Part shown: positions 49,960 to 63,300 of the stretch, piece after piece
Position numbering within the stretch: position 1 is the stretch's first letter
Layout of the letters: every line of letters starts with the position of its first letter
NCBI RefSeq assembly: GCF_030144855.1
Contig: NC_082731.1
Location: forward strand, 27,528,001 to 27,592,000
Reading direction: 5' to 3'
Origin: Hypanus sabinus
Lineage: Eukaryota
Length of the DNA: 64,000 nt
The notes under the pieces: model-generated
The model's database searches: none
Told to the model about the DNA's origin: nothing
The model's input: only the letters and a program-made list of their open reading frames with translations
Translations under genes and position numbers: made by a program

Positions 49960-50260
49960 TCAGAAGCCTTTACAATCTACTCCCACACTGTCGTTTTGCT
50001 CTTTTTCATCCTGCAGGTGTTGTAGGCTGTAACGATACATTTTCAGTGTTTCTTTCTCCACTAAGCCTGCTTCAGTAATTGCCACGAGCATCGGAAATTG
50101 TTTGGTTGTAGCACGCACTACAAGAGACTTGAGAAAAGGAAGAAAACAGCACAGCACAACAATACAATACTGACAGTTATTGCCATTTTAGTCAGCCATG
50201 CTCCCCATCCTCCGAGTCTACTTTCTAACCAGTCAAATAACTGATGTCCGGACCCTGCAT
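49960..50260 (-). pseudogene. ERV env TM C-terminal remnant (MPER, membrane anchor, cytoplasmic tail)
   Basis: HQLFDWLESRLGGWGAWLTKMAITVSIVLL...CCFLPFLKSLVVRATTKQFPM, located just upstream of the PPT. Confidence 0.8.
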
Positions 50261-50261
50261 T

Positions 50262-50683
50262 TGTCGTGGTTTTTCATGCCCCACAAATGACCTGGAGACG
50301 CAAAAGGTTCTTCAAGAAGTATTAAGTTTCAATTTGCAAATGAAAGCTGAGCCAGTCATTGAGCTAGTTGCTGATTGCCCACCGATCAGTGGACATAGCA
50401 TGTTTTATAGCAATCTCCTGGTTTAGTTGCATTAGCATATGCAATCAGTCTATAATAGTTGCGTACCACACGTACATCCGCCACCATTGTTTCTACCCAT
50501 TGACTTAATCATGTTCTAATTTACATCTCTTAGCTACCTCTCATTAACCCACCATTGTCTTCTACATTCTTAGGATTTCATTCTCCTACTAAATTGGGTA
50601 CATGCATAGCAAATAGCAAGTTTCAAAGCTGACTACATAGTTTTGGTTACACAGCAAACAATCTCAACTTTTATACTCCAATA
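50262..50683 (-). repeat. ERV LTR-A (422 bp)
   Basis: tgtcgtgg...ctccaata. Aligns to LTR-B. No PBS follows it. Confidence 0.9.
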
Positions 50684-52690
50684 CTCTCAGGCCTGAAGAG
50701 AAACATCGTGGAGGAGTACATAAAAGAGGCTCTTGCCATGGAATTAATTCTGTCCTCGACCTCATCGGTCTGCATGGGTTTCTGCTTTGAAAAAGGGCAG
50801 GAGCCTGCAGCCATGCATTAATTACAGGGAGCTAAATTGAAAACAGCCAAAAATCATTACCCTTTCCGCTCATGAACACTGCCTTTGAGATTCTCCAAGG
50901 GGCAAGAGCTTTTGCAAATCTAGACTTGCGGAGTGCGTACAATCTGGTCTGCAGAAAGGAGGGCAACGAGTGGAAAACTGCATTCAACAAGGCACTGAGC
51001 ACTTGGTCATGCCCTTTAGCCTCGCAATCACTGCAGCAGTTTTCCAGGCCTTTATAAATGACGTGCTCCAGGATGCTCTCCATAAGTATTCCTTCGTCCA
51101 CTTGGATAATATCTGAATCTTCTCAGAGTGCATGAAGGAGCACGTCGCTCACATCAGGGTCATTTTTAAGAGGCTTCTAGACCATGGACTTTACTTAAAG
51201 CCAAGCTGGAAAAGTCTGAATGTGACCACCGTTTCATTTTTGAGTTTTCTCATCTCTCATGGCAATTTCAAGATGGATCCAACTAAGACCCAGGCAGTTA
51301 GAGACTGACCACAACCATCCATGTTAAACCAGTCCAACAGATCCTGGAGTTTGCCAGTTTTTACGGAAGTTCATTAGGAACTTCAGCTCAGTGGTGGCTC
51401 CACTAAAAAAATCCATGGGCCCTTTTGTTCGGACCACTGAAACGAAGGCTGCTTTTGCAGAGCTCAAACACCGGTTCATGACAGCTCCCATTTTGGACTC
51501 ACCCAACCCGGACCTTCCCTTCCTCATGGAGGTGGATGCCTCAGACATTGAACTGAGTGCTGTGTGGTTTCAATGAACACTTCCAAACAATAATATTAAC
51601 CCATGTGCATTCTTCTCCAGCCGGCTGTCCCCAGCGGAGGATAGCCGCTATCGTTATCAGTATGACATCGGTAACAGAGAACTGCTCACGGTCAAGTTGC
51701 CTTTGGAGGAATGAAGTCATTGGCTTGAGGGGGCCAAGAGACTGAATTCCAGTCAGGTCAGGTGGTCTCTTTTCTTCAACCACTTCAATTTCATCCCGAC
51801 CTGTCGACCAGGGTCAACAATCCAGAAACTTGTCTCCTTGGTTGACATGCTTGATCGCAATGCCCAGGTGCAAGGAGAGATTCCTAAGAATGGTTCTCCA
51901 GGCCACCTGTTAGTCCCAAGTTCTGTCAAGTTACAGGTACTTCAACAGGGACACGCAATGAGAATGACCTCTCACCCAGGGATTGTTGGGACACTTGAGT
52001 TCATCAAAAGAAGATACTGGAGGCCTTAATTGGTGTGAGAGGTCCATCATTACGTACAGGCATGCAAGGTGTGTGCCTGGAACAAGGAGACTAAAGCCAA
52101 CCTCAAGGGCTCCATCACCCTCTGCCCATTCCAGTCAGATCATGGGCGCACATCAGGATGGATGTTGTCACGGGTCTCCCACCTTCCAAGGAGAAGACTG
52201 TCATCATGGTACTTGTCGATCATTTTTTGAAAGCCTGCAAATTCATTGCCTTGTATAAGCTACCTTCTGCGGCTGAGACAGCCAAAATTGTCCTGCACCA
52301 GGTCTTCAGAATACACGGTGGACATTCTGTCAGATCGCAGTCCACAATTCACATCACGTTTCTGGAGAGCATTCTGAAAGCTGATTGGGGCAACAGTGAG
52401 CCTTTCCTCTGGGTTACTCCTGCAGTCCAATGGCCAGACAAAGTGGCTGAACCAAGATTTGGAACAGTCCTTCAGAAAGACCTGATTATGTGGGCAGAGG
52501 TGGGCACTTTACAGCATTCAGCACATGGGATGTCCACACTTGGGTGCCTATTCAGGTATTATCCACCACTCTTCCCTGAGCAGGAGGCCGAGGCTGGGGT
52601 TCATGAGGCTGATGATCTCGTCCAACACTGCAAGGGGAAATGAACTAAGACAAGGGTGATTTTGTTGGCTTCAACCTGTATGTCTGAAAT
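50684..52690 (+). mobile_element. Decayed chromoviral Gypsy pol copy 3
   Basis: [60 protein letters not shown] and DHFLKACKFIAL. Confidence 0.88.
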
Positions 52691-52769
52691 CAAGGCTAAC
52701 CGAAGGAGAATGCAGGGACCCACTTAGTCCCACCACCATCAGTCCTGCTGCCACCAAGGTGTGACAATA

Positions 52770-54420
52770 GGGATCAGGTCTTCACCACAAGAAGAATTTT
52801 GGATTCTTTTGGTTTAGTATTCTGTTCTCATTTCAATCTCACCTTGTGTCTTGATTCCAGCCTGAGATACTCCAGCACTTGGGTCCTAACCGTTCTCACC
52901 TCGGCCTCTTGTCACAGCATGCATTCTGATATAATACCTTCAGTCCAAACTCACCCTTTTCGATTTTGGCCCCCCTGTTACACTTTAACTCAACCCACTG
53001 ACTGACATTTTGCCTATCATCAGCCTGTCCTTCCTCACAGTCTCACTACAGACTGGATCTAGTTGTGTACCAACTGCCCCACCCTCAGTCCTTTCATGCA
53101 ATTTCCCATTCCCCTCACAAATTAATTTAAACTCTCTCCAAAAGCTCTAGCAAACCTGACCACAGGATATCAACCCCCCCCCCCCTCCGGTTCAGGTGTA
53201 AGCCATCCTTTTTGTGGAGGTCATATTTCCCCAGAAGAGATCCCAATAATCCAGATATCTGAAATTCTGCTCTATACACCAATTCTTCAGTTGCACATTC
53301 ATCTGCCAAATCATCCCATTTTTACCAACACCAGCGAATGGTATAGGCAACACTCCAGAGATTACTACCCTGAAGGTCCTGCTCTTGTTGCAAGGAGGGC
53401 GACTGAGGAGAATCCAAGTGCAGGACACCAGCACGTCGACTGAGTTGGGGAGGCAGGTGTAGGCCTGAATGTAGAACGGGAAACCGGAGGAGTCTTGACA
53501 AGGAGACCGGATCTACAGGGACTATCTAGAAACTAGTGCAGAACTTAGAATTAATGGTTCTAATCAGACTAGGAAACAAAGTATCACACGAGAATTGACT
53601 AACAAACTGGCAACCTGTGATCGTCTCGTCATCGTATTTATGCTCCAGTCTCTGATGAGAACCAGGTGTATGGTAATTGGGTAAACGAGCAGCAAATGAC
53701 TGAAATTGGGGCAAAATCAGAGAGAAAGAAGTGTTAAAGGGGAATGGCCAACCAGAACCATGACAGCTTTTCTTCTTTCTACTTAGCAGAGTCTGCTGTC
53801 TGCTCCTCTAATTGTGGAATCACCTGTCACTACTGCACTCCTTTCCCTACCCTTCCCTTCTGAGCCACTGAGGCAGGCTCTGTGCTGGAGATCATATCAT
53901 TGTGGCTGGCCCCTGACAGGTCCTCTCCCAAACAGTTTCCAAAGCAATATTCTTACTATTGAGAGGAACAGCCACAGGGGTACTCTGCACTGGCTGCCTT
54001 TTCCCCTTCTCTCTCCTGGTAGTCACTCAGGTCCCTGCCTCCTGTAACTTAGAGGTGGCTACCTCACTGTACCTCCTATCTACCACCTCCTCATTTTCCC
54101 ATGTGAGCCGAAGGTCATCCAGCTGCAGCTCCAGTTCCTCAACACGGCCTCTCAGGGGCTACACCTTGGTGCACTTTGCACAAATGTAGTTATCAAAGAG
54201 ACCGGAGGTCTTCCAAAGTTCCCAAATCTCATACAAGGAACATATCAGTAACTCTGGACCCATTCTCAGCATGACGGGCTATGTACTAACATTAGAAAAC
54301 TTACAACTTAGAACATCCACCTGTGCTTCCCCAAGCTTGATTTCAAGGATGCCTGTTGAGCTGAAGCCAGAGCACTCTAACACTGTCCACTGACACAATG
54401 GCTGCACCGCTTACACCTCG
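52770..54420 (-). mobile_element. Decayed CR1 EN/ORF1/5' fragments
   Basis: SRTFRVVISGVLP...QMNVQLKNWC...DYWDLFWG is the CR1 ORF1 esterase C-terminus. Confidence 0.75.
53386..53765. mobile_element. Probable solo LTR (380 bp) inserted in CR1 ORF1
   Basis: TGT...ACA ends, with flanks GCTCT / GCTTT (5-bp TSD with one mismatch). It interrupts a CR1 sequence that is contiguous at about 63615. Confidence 0.6.
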
Positions 54421-56324
54421 CTCCCGAGTACCCAACAGATCGCTATGAATGCAGTCCCTCAAAATATCCCAAAAGCACCTGAACTCTTTTCAAACTTTAT
54501 GTTAGATCACCAATGAATGACCACTCGCACTGATTGCAGCTCACCAAAAAGTAAGTAGTAAAGTGAAGAGCGAAGTAGGTTATCAAAATTATAGTGGGAT
54601 TTTGTTTAGGTGAATAAGTGGACTGAAAACTGGCAAACGGAGTTCTATTCAGGGAACTGCAAGGTGTGAACCTTTGGAAAGTTAAACCAAGATAAGACTT
54701 TCACAGTGTACGACAGGGCCTGGGAGGGTGTTGTGGGACAAGGGACCTTGGAGTTCAAGTACATAGTTTGCTGAAAGTGGAGTCACAGGAAGACAGGGAG
54801 GTGAAGAAGTGCTTTGGTATGCTGGTGTTCATCAATCACAGCATTATGTAAAATGTAACTAACACATGGTGTGATTGTAGAAGGCACTGGTGAGATTACA
54901 TTTGGAGTATTGTGTTCCAATTTTCTTCATCCTCCTGGTGAAAAGATGTTATTAATCTGAAACGAGTACAGAATAGATTTACAAGGATGTTGCCATGATT
55001 TGAGTTAAAAGGAGAGGTTGTCTGGAGTAGGACATTCCTTGGAGTGAATAGACAAATTACAGAACATAATTAATATCTTGGAATCAGTCACTGTGGAGAG
55101 TCAACATCACAGTGTGATAGGACTTTTTTCTGCTACTGTTCTTGTTTATTAAATCTTTAACAATCTCTAGCTTCTACAGCTCTGGTGAAACACTGATTTG
55201 TTGGAGACTGATGGGTCATCTTATGGAGATACACAAAATCAAGAGGGCTATGGACAGGAAAAGTTCCCACAATATGTTGTCAAGTTGACTGGTTTGATTT
55301 TGCAAAAAGCAAAGGGCCAGATCAGTCAATTGGCCCACATCACATCAACCTGTAACTCACCGTGACAATACCAGAACCACATTTGAAAGTAAGATGTATA
55401 AGAAGTGAAAGAAATGGTTTCATGGACCATCTGAAAGATATCACCTGAGGCACCGTTATTCACTTGTGCCAACTTGACTGTAGTTACGCATGTATTTGGG
55501 ATGTGGAGGGAAACACATTTCAATGTGACATATTCAGCTGAAGAGATCCTGCAAACTCAGGAACTCCTGACGCTCTGGAATCCTCCTGTGCACTGTTTCA
55601 CCCACTTCTCCATCTTCTCTGACTGTTACACTGACACCTAGTGGATGTCGGATAGTATTACAATAGTCGGTGAGACTGAAGCCTGAATATTTGGAGATGT
55701 TCCTCTGACCCCTAGTGGTCACAGTTTATCACTGCAAGGTAACAAATGCTTCCGATCAAATTGACTTCAGTCCAGACACAAGAGTCCACAGATGCTGGAA
55801 TCTGGAGTCACACACAATCTACTGGCGGGCTGAGCTGCATCAATGGAAGAAACTGTCGAATCCCTGAATGAAGACAGTCCATGCCCGTGTTACAACAGAC
55901 AGAATGGAATTAACAAAGTAAAGAAATCCTGCTCATGTTGCAAATCAGAAGTAAAACCTTTTGCAAGCACTGAACAGAGAATATACATTGTACATTAGTG
56001 CTGGAGGGAATGAAATGCAGTTTCAGAGAGTAGACCATATACATTACCAAATATGCCAACTCATGGATGTCAATGATCAAGTCGTCAACTGTAAAATAAC
56101 AAAACCAAAGTCCAATGAACACGAGCTCAGTTCAAAACTCTATGGAAGACAACCTATAAATGCTAATTATTGCAAGGTAATGATGCATTGACAGAGAAAG
56201 ACAGTGAGAGAAAGCAGGGATTGTATAAAATGTCCTATCAGTGAGATATTAACTGATGAATGAAAACCCTCCCCTTTCCTTGTCTTTTACTTTCAATGTG
56301 ACATATTCATCTAACATATAGTCT

Positions 56325-57940
56325 AACATTTGTGGTTGGCAAAATGTTGGAATCGATAATTAAGGAAACAGTAACAGGGCATTTTGATAAACATAGCTTA
56401 ATATGACGAAGTCAACATGGCTTTACAAAAGGGAAGTCATGTTTGACAAATTTGTTGGAATTCTTTGAGGACATAACATATAGGGTAGATAAAGGGGAAC
56501 CAGTGGATGTGGTGTATTTCGACTTCTAAAAGGCATTTGACAAGGTGCCACACCAAAGATTATTACTTAAAGTAAAAAATCATGGGATTGGGGATAATAT
56601 TCTGGCATAGGTGGAGGATTGGCTTTCTAACAGAAAACAGGGAGTTGGGATAAATGGTTTATTGTCAGACTGGCAGTTGGTGACTGATGGTGTTCCACAG
56701 GGGTTGGTGTTGGGACCCCAACTCTTTACAATCTATATTAATGACTTGGAGAAAGGGACTAAGTGCAACGTATCGAAGTTTGCTGATGACACAAAGATGG
56801 GAGGGAGCGTAATGAGTGCCGAGGACATTGAAACCCTGCAGGGGGACATAGATAGGCTGAGTGATTTGGCAGACATTTGGCAGATGAAATATAATACTGA
56901 CAAGTGTGAGGTCTTGCACTTTGGCAGGAAAAATAATAGAGCAAGTTATTATCTAAATGGAGAGAAACTGGAAAGTGCTTCTGTGCAAAGGGATCTGGGG
57001 GTCCTGGTGCAGGAAACACAAAAAGTTAGTATGCAAGTGCAGCAGGTGGTCAAGAAGGCCAATGGAATGCTGGCTTTTATTGCTAGGGGGATGGAGTATA
57101 AGAACAGGGAGGTCTTACTGCAGTTGTACCGGGCATTGGTGAGACCACACCTGGAGTACTGCGTGCAGTTCTGGTGTCCATATTTAAGAAAGGACATACT
57201 GGCTCTCGAGGCAGTGCAGAGAAGGTTCACTAGGTTAATTCCGGGGATGGGTGGGTTGATGTATGATGAGAGGTTGAGTAGATTGGGACTCTACTCATTG
57301 GAGTTCCGAAGAATGAGAGGCGATCTTATCGAAAGATATAAGATTGTGAAGGGGCTTGATCGGGTGGATGTGGGGAGAATGTTCCCAATGATGGGTGAAA
57401 CTAGGACTAGGGGGCATAATCTTAAAGTAAGGGGATGCCATTCCAGGACTGAGATGAGGAGAAATTTCTTCACTCAGAGGGTAGTGGGGCTGTGGAATTT
57501 ACTACCCCAGAGAGCTATGGAAGCTACTACACTCAATAAATTCAAAACGGAGATAGACATTTTCCTGGATAAAAATGGCATTAGGGGATACGGTGAGCAA
57601 GCAGGTAAATGGACTTGAGGCTAGGTTTAGATCAGCCATGTGATCTCCTGGACCAGTTTTCGGTAGCCTGGATGGGTCAGAGAGGAATTTTCCAGATTCT
57701 TTCTCCTCAATTAGTAAATCGTCTTTCCCCCCCCCCCCCCCCAGGTGATCACATGGGTTTGGGCGGGATGAATAACAAAATAAAATGGGGGGCATGGTGC
57801 CCTGTTGGTTGGCACTGTTGCCTTGTAGGATTCGGTGAAAACTAGAGTTAAGATTGGATCAGCCATGATCTTGTTGAATGGCAGAGCAGGCTTGAGGGGC
57901 TGATTGGCCTACTCCTGCTCCTATCCCTTATGTTCTTATG
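56325..57940 (+). mobile_element. Young 5'-truncated CR1 LINE
   Basis: A 335-aa open RT/C-terminal frame runs to the natural stop, followed by a (CTTATGTT)-type tail. A 6-bp TAGTCT TSD flanks it (56319-56324, 57941-57946). Confidence 0.95.
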
Positions 57941-58109
57941 TAGTCTCAGGACCTCCTGGCACAGTGGAATCCTCCTGTGCACTGATTCACCCACACTGCC
58001 CAACAACGTCTCTTCACCTGACTGTTACACTGACACCCAGAGACTGTCAGTTACTATTACAGCAGCCAGTTTAATATTTGGATGTTTTCCTCTGATCCTG
58101 AGTGGCTCC

Positions 58110-58265
58110 CGTCCCAACTCCCAGAAATACAAAGGCTCCTTCCAGGTGACACAGTGATGCATTTGCACATCTCGGAATTACTGTAGTTGATCTCCTGCTG
58201 AGAATGTGGCCTCCTCTACATTGGGGAAAAACACAAACCTAGAAACTGGTTTCAAGAATTCTTTA
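58110..58265 (+). mobile_element. Old Penelope GIY-YIG remnant
   Basis: KGSFQVTQ..CTS...C..CGLLYIGE. Confidence 0.65.
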
Positions 58266-59039
58266 TTCTAACAGATTCCAGCGTGTTCACTTGAATTCAA
58301 AACCACACCCTGATCATCTGCACTTTGACAACTCTAGTGGGGCATGAGGAAGGACACATCTCTCCATGACACACATTGCAGTCCCTGGGTCTGCGAGATG
58401 TCACCATGATCTCAGATAACCAGCCATTCCAGTTTGTGACAGAACTGTCCAGCTCCAGTGAAGAACATTCATAAATCTGTAATGTAAACCCATTTTCTCT
58501 CTCCACAGATGCTGTCTGACCCACCCTTTATGCTGCTGTTGCCAGCTTGCCTCACCCACCACTATACCTGCTCCATATTCCTCCACCCAGAAATACTACT
58601 CAAGCAACTGTTTATCCAGCAGATAGCTTGTTTCCCCAAATTCCAACAGCTGTAGTCTCCCATGTCTCCTCCTCACCCAGCTGTTGTACACATCAACCCC
58701 AACCTCCAAAGAGAACCTTGACCAGCCCACACTCAAAGGCCAACTATATGCAGCTCTGACATCTCGCGCACTTCCTATGGGGCTTTGGATACACAGATCA
58801 GTCAATGGTTAGCTGGTGCTACAGAGGAGATGCTGACTCCTTGGACCATGCTCCTGAGGAGAGGTTCACACAGTGGTTTTTCAGGGACAGTGCTGTCAGA
58901 ACACACAATGCTTTTTTTCTAGTTGTTGTGTTTTCCTTAACAACTCATTGTAATTCACCACTGCAGTTGAAATCATGTAGTGATGCTGAGTCACTGAAAT
59001 ACCATGGAAATACCCATGGAATCTCCAACAGTGAAAGAT

Positions 59040-59225
59040 ATTGGTGTCCCAATGTGGTTTTAACCACTAACACAGAGAGTTGGATGTTGATGTCGCCACC
59101 CCAAGTGAGGGATTCTCTAAAGAATCAAGGTGACATATACACATTATGGAAGGGTTATCTGGAAGGAGAACCTCTTCTACATGGATTTGGATTAGCTGTG
59201 AAAATGAGATGTTTATCTCTACCAC
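59040..59225 (+). mobile_element. RTE/BovB-like endonuclease remnant
   Basis: SLKNQGDIYTLWKGYLEGEPLLHGFGLAVK resembles the RTE EN segment GYTFFWKG...HGVGFAIK. Confidence 0.65.
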
Positions 59226-59924
59226 ATACTGTTTGGTAATAAATAACTGTCTCACGGCCCTGTGGTTGGAAAATGGAACGTGCACAACCCTGGTATCACA
59301 ATCAATGCTCTGAAATCTGTAGGTGGGTCAGAGAAGACTTCTTCTGAAATCTGAGCAAATTCTGCCCCGAATTCAAAAGAGAAACTTTTTTTCAAGGAAA
59401 AAAAATGTACAACGGACGTGTAAGGCAATGCAAAGCCAACTTGAATAGAAACACATGGGAGAAGAACCCTGCATCTGTCCTGATGTGGAACACCCACTTG
59501 AAATGTTGTCGTTTCCTTTCCTTCCACAGATGTGGCCTGACCTGTTGAGCTCATCTAGCAGTTTGAGTTTTCCTCCAGATTCTAACATGTGCAGTGCCTC
59601 CTGTCTTCAAGAGACTTCTCTTCCTGATGAAATGCATGGAACATAGATTCCTCATCACCAACAAACTGCACTGTGAGAGACAAACAACAGGCTTCAGGAC
59701 AACATATTTGATCCAAGTGCTGGCACCTGACAGATATCATTGTCTTTGGGGCAAGGATCATTAAGGGTGTTGGAATGATAGGTGATAGCAGCTGGGCAAT
59801 TGCTTAATCACAGAGAACCACTGATAAAATAGTGTGGAACAAAGTCCATTTGCCTCCTGTCTGCACTTAAGAGCAAATCAGCATGTCTTCCTCTTGTCTC
59901 TCCCCTTTGATTTTCCATTTAATT

Positions 59925-60365
59925 TCTGAATGTCACAACTTGATAACAAGGACAATTATGTCAGAATGCTCTTTCTGGATTTCAGTTTGGCATTCAACAC
60001 TACTCTCCTGCAGACCTTGATGAACAAACTGTTACTCCACAGTCTCAATACACCACTGTGCCACTGGCTATTGGACTTCCTAATGAACAGAACTCAGATA
60101 GTCAGGATGCAGAACTGCTCTTGCATCCACATCATTGTCAAGCCAGGTACTCCCCAGAGCTGTGTGCTGAGCCTGTTGTGGTATACTTGGCTCAAACAGA
60201 TTGCAAATTCATGGCCAAACACCAAGTAATCACATTGTCAAGTTCGTCAATGACACAACAATGGTTGGGCTCATCACCAACAACATTGAGATGGCTACAA
60301 AAAGGAGGTAGAAGAGCTCAAGGCGTGTCGAGCAAATAACCTTTTCCTTACTGTCAGCAAGAGAA
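59925..60365 (+). mobile_element. Rex1/Babar RT fragment
   Basis: YVRMLFLDFSLAFNT...LCHWLLDFL...GTPQSCVLS. Confidence 0.8.
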
Positions 60366-60379
60366 AGGAGATGGTTAAT

Positions 60380-63300
60380 GACAGAGACCATAAGAGATAA
60401 GAGCAGAATTAGACCATTCAGTCCATTGAGTCTGTTGTGCCATTTCATCATGGCTGATCCATTTTCCCTCTGAAAACAATTCTCCTGCCTTCTTTCAACA
60501 TCGACCAATCAATAAACTAACAACGTCCACTATAAATACACCCACATCCGCCTGTGGCAATGAATTCCACAGATTCACCATCATCTGACTAAAGAAATTC
60601 CTCCTAATCTGCATTCTAAATGAACACCCCAGCTATTCAGAGAACTGTGCACTTTGGTCCTGGACTCTCCCACTACGGGAAACCACCTCTCCATATCCAC
60701 ACAATCCAGCTTTTTCAAAATTTGATACATTTCAATGAGTTTCTCCCTCTTTCTTGAAAATTCCTGTGGGTACAGGCCTAGAGCATTCAAATTCTCCTCA
60801 TACAATAACACTTTCATTCCCAAAAATTATTCTTGTGAACCTCTTCTGAACCTCCTCCAACATTAGCACACCTTTTTTAAATAAAGGACCCAATATGGCT
60901 CAAAGAGTCCACCAATGCCTGACAAAGCCTAAGAATTACCACCAACTCAAACTGCATGAGAACTCAAAAGTCCCTTTGTACCTCAGATTTTTGAATTTTC
61001 TGCCTATTTATAAAATAGTCTTGAATTATATTACTTTTACCAAAGTGCATGGCCATACATTTCCTGACACTGTATTCCACTGGGCAATTCTTTGCCCATT
61101 ATCCTAATCTGTCTTAAGTCCTACTGCAACCTCTCTGCTTCCTCAACCCTACCAGCCCTTCTACCTATCTTCGTATCATCTGCAAACTTGGCCATTAATT
61201 CATTCAATCCATCATCCAAATCATGAACATGCAATGCAAAAAGTATAGGTCCCAACACTGACTCCTGTGGAACAGCATTTCTCACCAGCAGCCAACCAGA
61301 AAATGCTCCCTTTATTCCCATCCTTTGCCTCCTGCCACTCAGCCAATCCATTGTCCATGCGAGTATCTTTATGATAGAAGCTTATCTTGTTAAGCAGCCT
61401 CATGTGCGGCACCTTTTTAATTCAAATTTTTTATTATTATTTATTCTTATTTTACAAAGTAGCACAGCATATCATAGAGCAGATACTGTACAGCACATTT
61501 ATACAGCCATCCCATGACAGGAAAACATATAAAACTAAGAAACAGAAAAAAAAACTTCAAATTTAAGTTTAAATTAGCATACAAACAAAATTGATCCCAC
61601 CCGTCTTGCACTTTTCCCTCACTGTTGTTATTTCTTCAAATCATTGTCAGGCAGGATTTTCCTGTAAGTAACCTATGATGAAGTTGGCCTATTTTATCAC
61701 GTGCCTCCAAATAACCTGAAAAATCATCCTTGACAAACAATTTCTTCCCAACTGAGGTCAGGCTAACAGTCCGATAATTTCCTTTCTACTGCCTCCCTCC
61801 CTTCTTGAAGACTGAAGTGATATTTGCAATCTTCGTTTCCTCCAGAACCATGCCAGAATCTAGTGATTTTTAAGAGATCATTATCAATGCCTCCACACTC
61901 TCCCCAGCCACCTCTTTCAGAACCCTGGTATGTGGTCCAGGTGACATCCACCTTCAGAGCTTTCAGTTTCCCAAGCACCTTCTATAGAAACAGCAGTTGC
62001 ACTCACTTCATCCTCTGATACTCTTGAACTTCCATCATATGTCAGTGTTTTCCCTGGTGAAGAAAGATACAAATACTCATTTAGTTCATCAGCCATTTCT
62101 TTATCCCCCATCACTATCTCTCCAGCATCAATTTTCAGCAGTACTATATCTAACCTGCCTCTCTCTTTTATTCTTTATTTATCTGAAAATGTTTCTGTAT
62201 CCCACTTGATATTAAACCAGTTTTTTTAGTTGCTTACTGTTGGTTTTTAAAAGCTTCCCGATCCTCTAATTTCACACTCATTTTTTGCTCTATTATATGC
62301 CCTGTCTTTTGCTTTCATGTTGTTTTGGACTTCCCTTATCAGCCATGGATACATCATTCTGCCTTTAGAATACATACTTTTCTTTGGGATGTACCTGCAC
62401 CGTCCAAATTTCTCCCACAAACTCCAGTCATTGCTGTCCCATCATTATCCTTGTTAGTATCCCCTTCTAATCAACATTAGCCAGCTCCTCTTTCATGCCT
62501 CTGTAAATCCCCTTACTCCAGTGTAAAACTCGTACATCTGACTTCAGCTTTTCCCTCTCAAATTGCAGGGTGAAGCCTGTCATATTATGATCACTGGCTC
62601 CTTAGGTTTCCTTTACCTTAAGCTCCCTAATCATATCTGATTCCTTGCACAACATGCAATCCAGAATAGCCTTTCCCCAAGTGGGGTCAATCACAATCTG
62701 CTCAAAAAAGCCACCTTGTATGGATTCTACAAATTTTCTCTCTTGGAATCCAGCACCAATTTGATTTTTCCAATCTTCCTGCATATTGAAATCCCTCATG
62801 GCCATCATAACATTGCCCTTTGGATACACGTTTTCTACCTCCAGCTGTAATTTATAGCCCACATCTTGGCTACTGTTCACAGTCTTCTATATAACTCCCA
62901 TCAGGGTTATTTTACCTTTGCAGTTTCTTAAATCCACTCACAAGGATTCTATATCATCCAATCCTATGTCACCTATTTCCAAAGATCTGATTTATTTTCT
63001 TACCAACAGAGCCACCCCACTCCCTCTGCCTACCTACCTGTCCTTTCAAAACTATGTGTATCCTTGGATGTTAAACTCCCAATCATTATCATCTTCCAGC
63101 CATGAAACAGCGATGCCCAGAACATCACACCTACTAATCTCTACCTGTGCTTCAAGATCATCTACCTTATTCCATATTCTGTATTCAAATAAAACACCTG
63201 CAGTCCAGAATTCATCACTTTTTTAAAAATTTTGACCCCGTTACATCGACTTCAATTTTGCCTTTCATCATCTCCCTGTCCTTCCTCAGTCTCATTACAC

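Larger units (their letters stand above)
46031..50683 (-). mobile_element. Endogenous retrovirus remnant (fish ERV1/epsilon-like): LTR - env tail - PPT - LTR - PBS - gag - pro, truncated
   Basis: See the component features. Gag MA (WPREGMFDVSLCEEM), CA, NC zinc knuckle CWGCNQPGHMRRDC and protease IDTGATYT are present. The element is cut just after the protease. Confidence 0.9.

Noticed and set aside
55089-55114. CACTGTG-12 nt-CACAGTG, resembling an Ig/TCR D segment between RSS heptamers
   Set aside because: There is no nonamer-like sequence at 12- or 23-bp spacing on either side, and I found no V, J or C exons in the window.
59485-59520. Hammerhead-like CTGATG...GAAATGTT remnant (a similar relic lies at about 55780-55870)
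   Set aside because: Too decayed: core and helix II are lost. It is recorded only as an old Penelope-type end.
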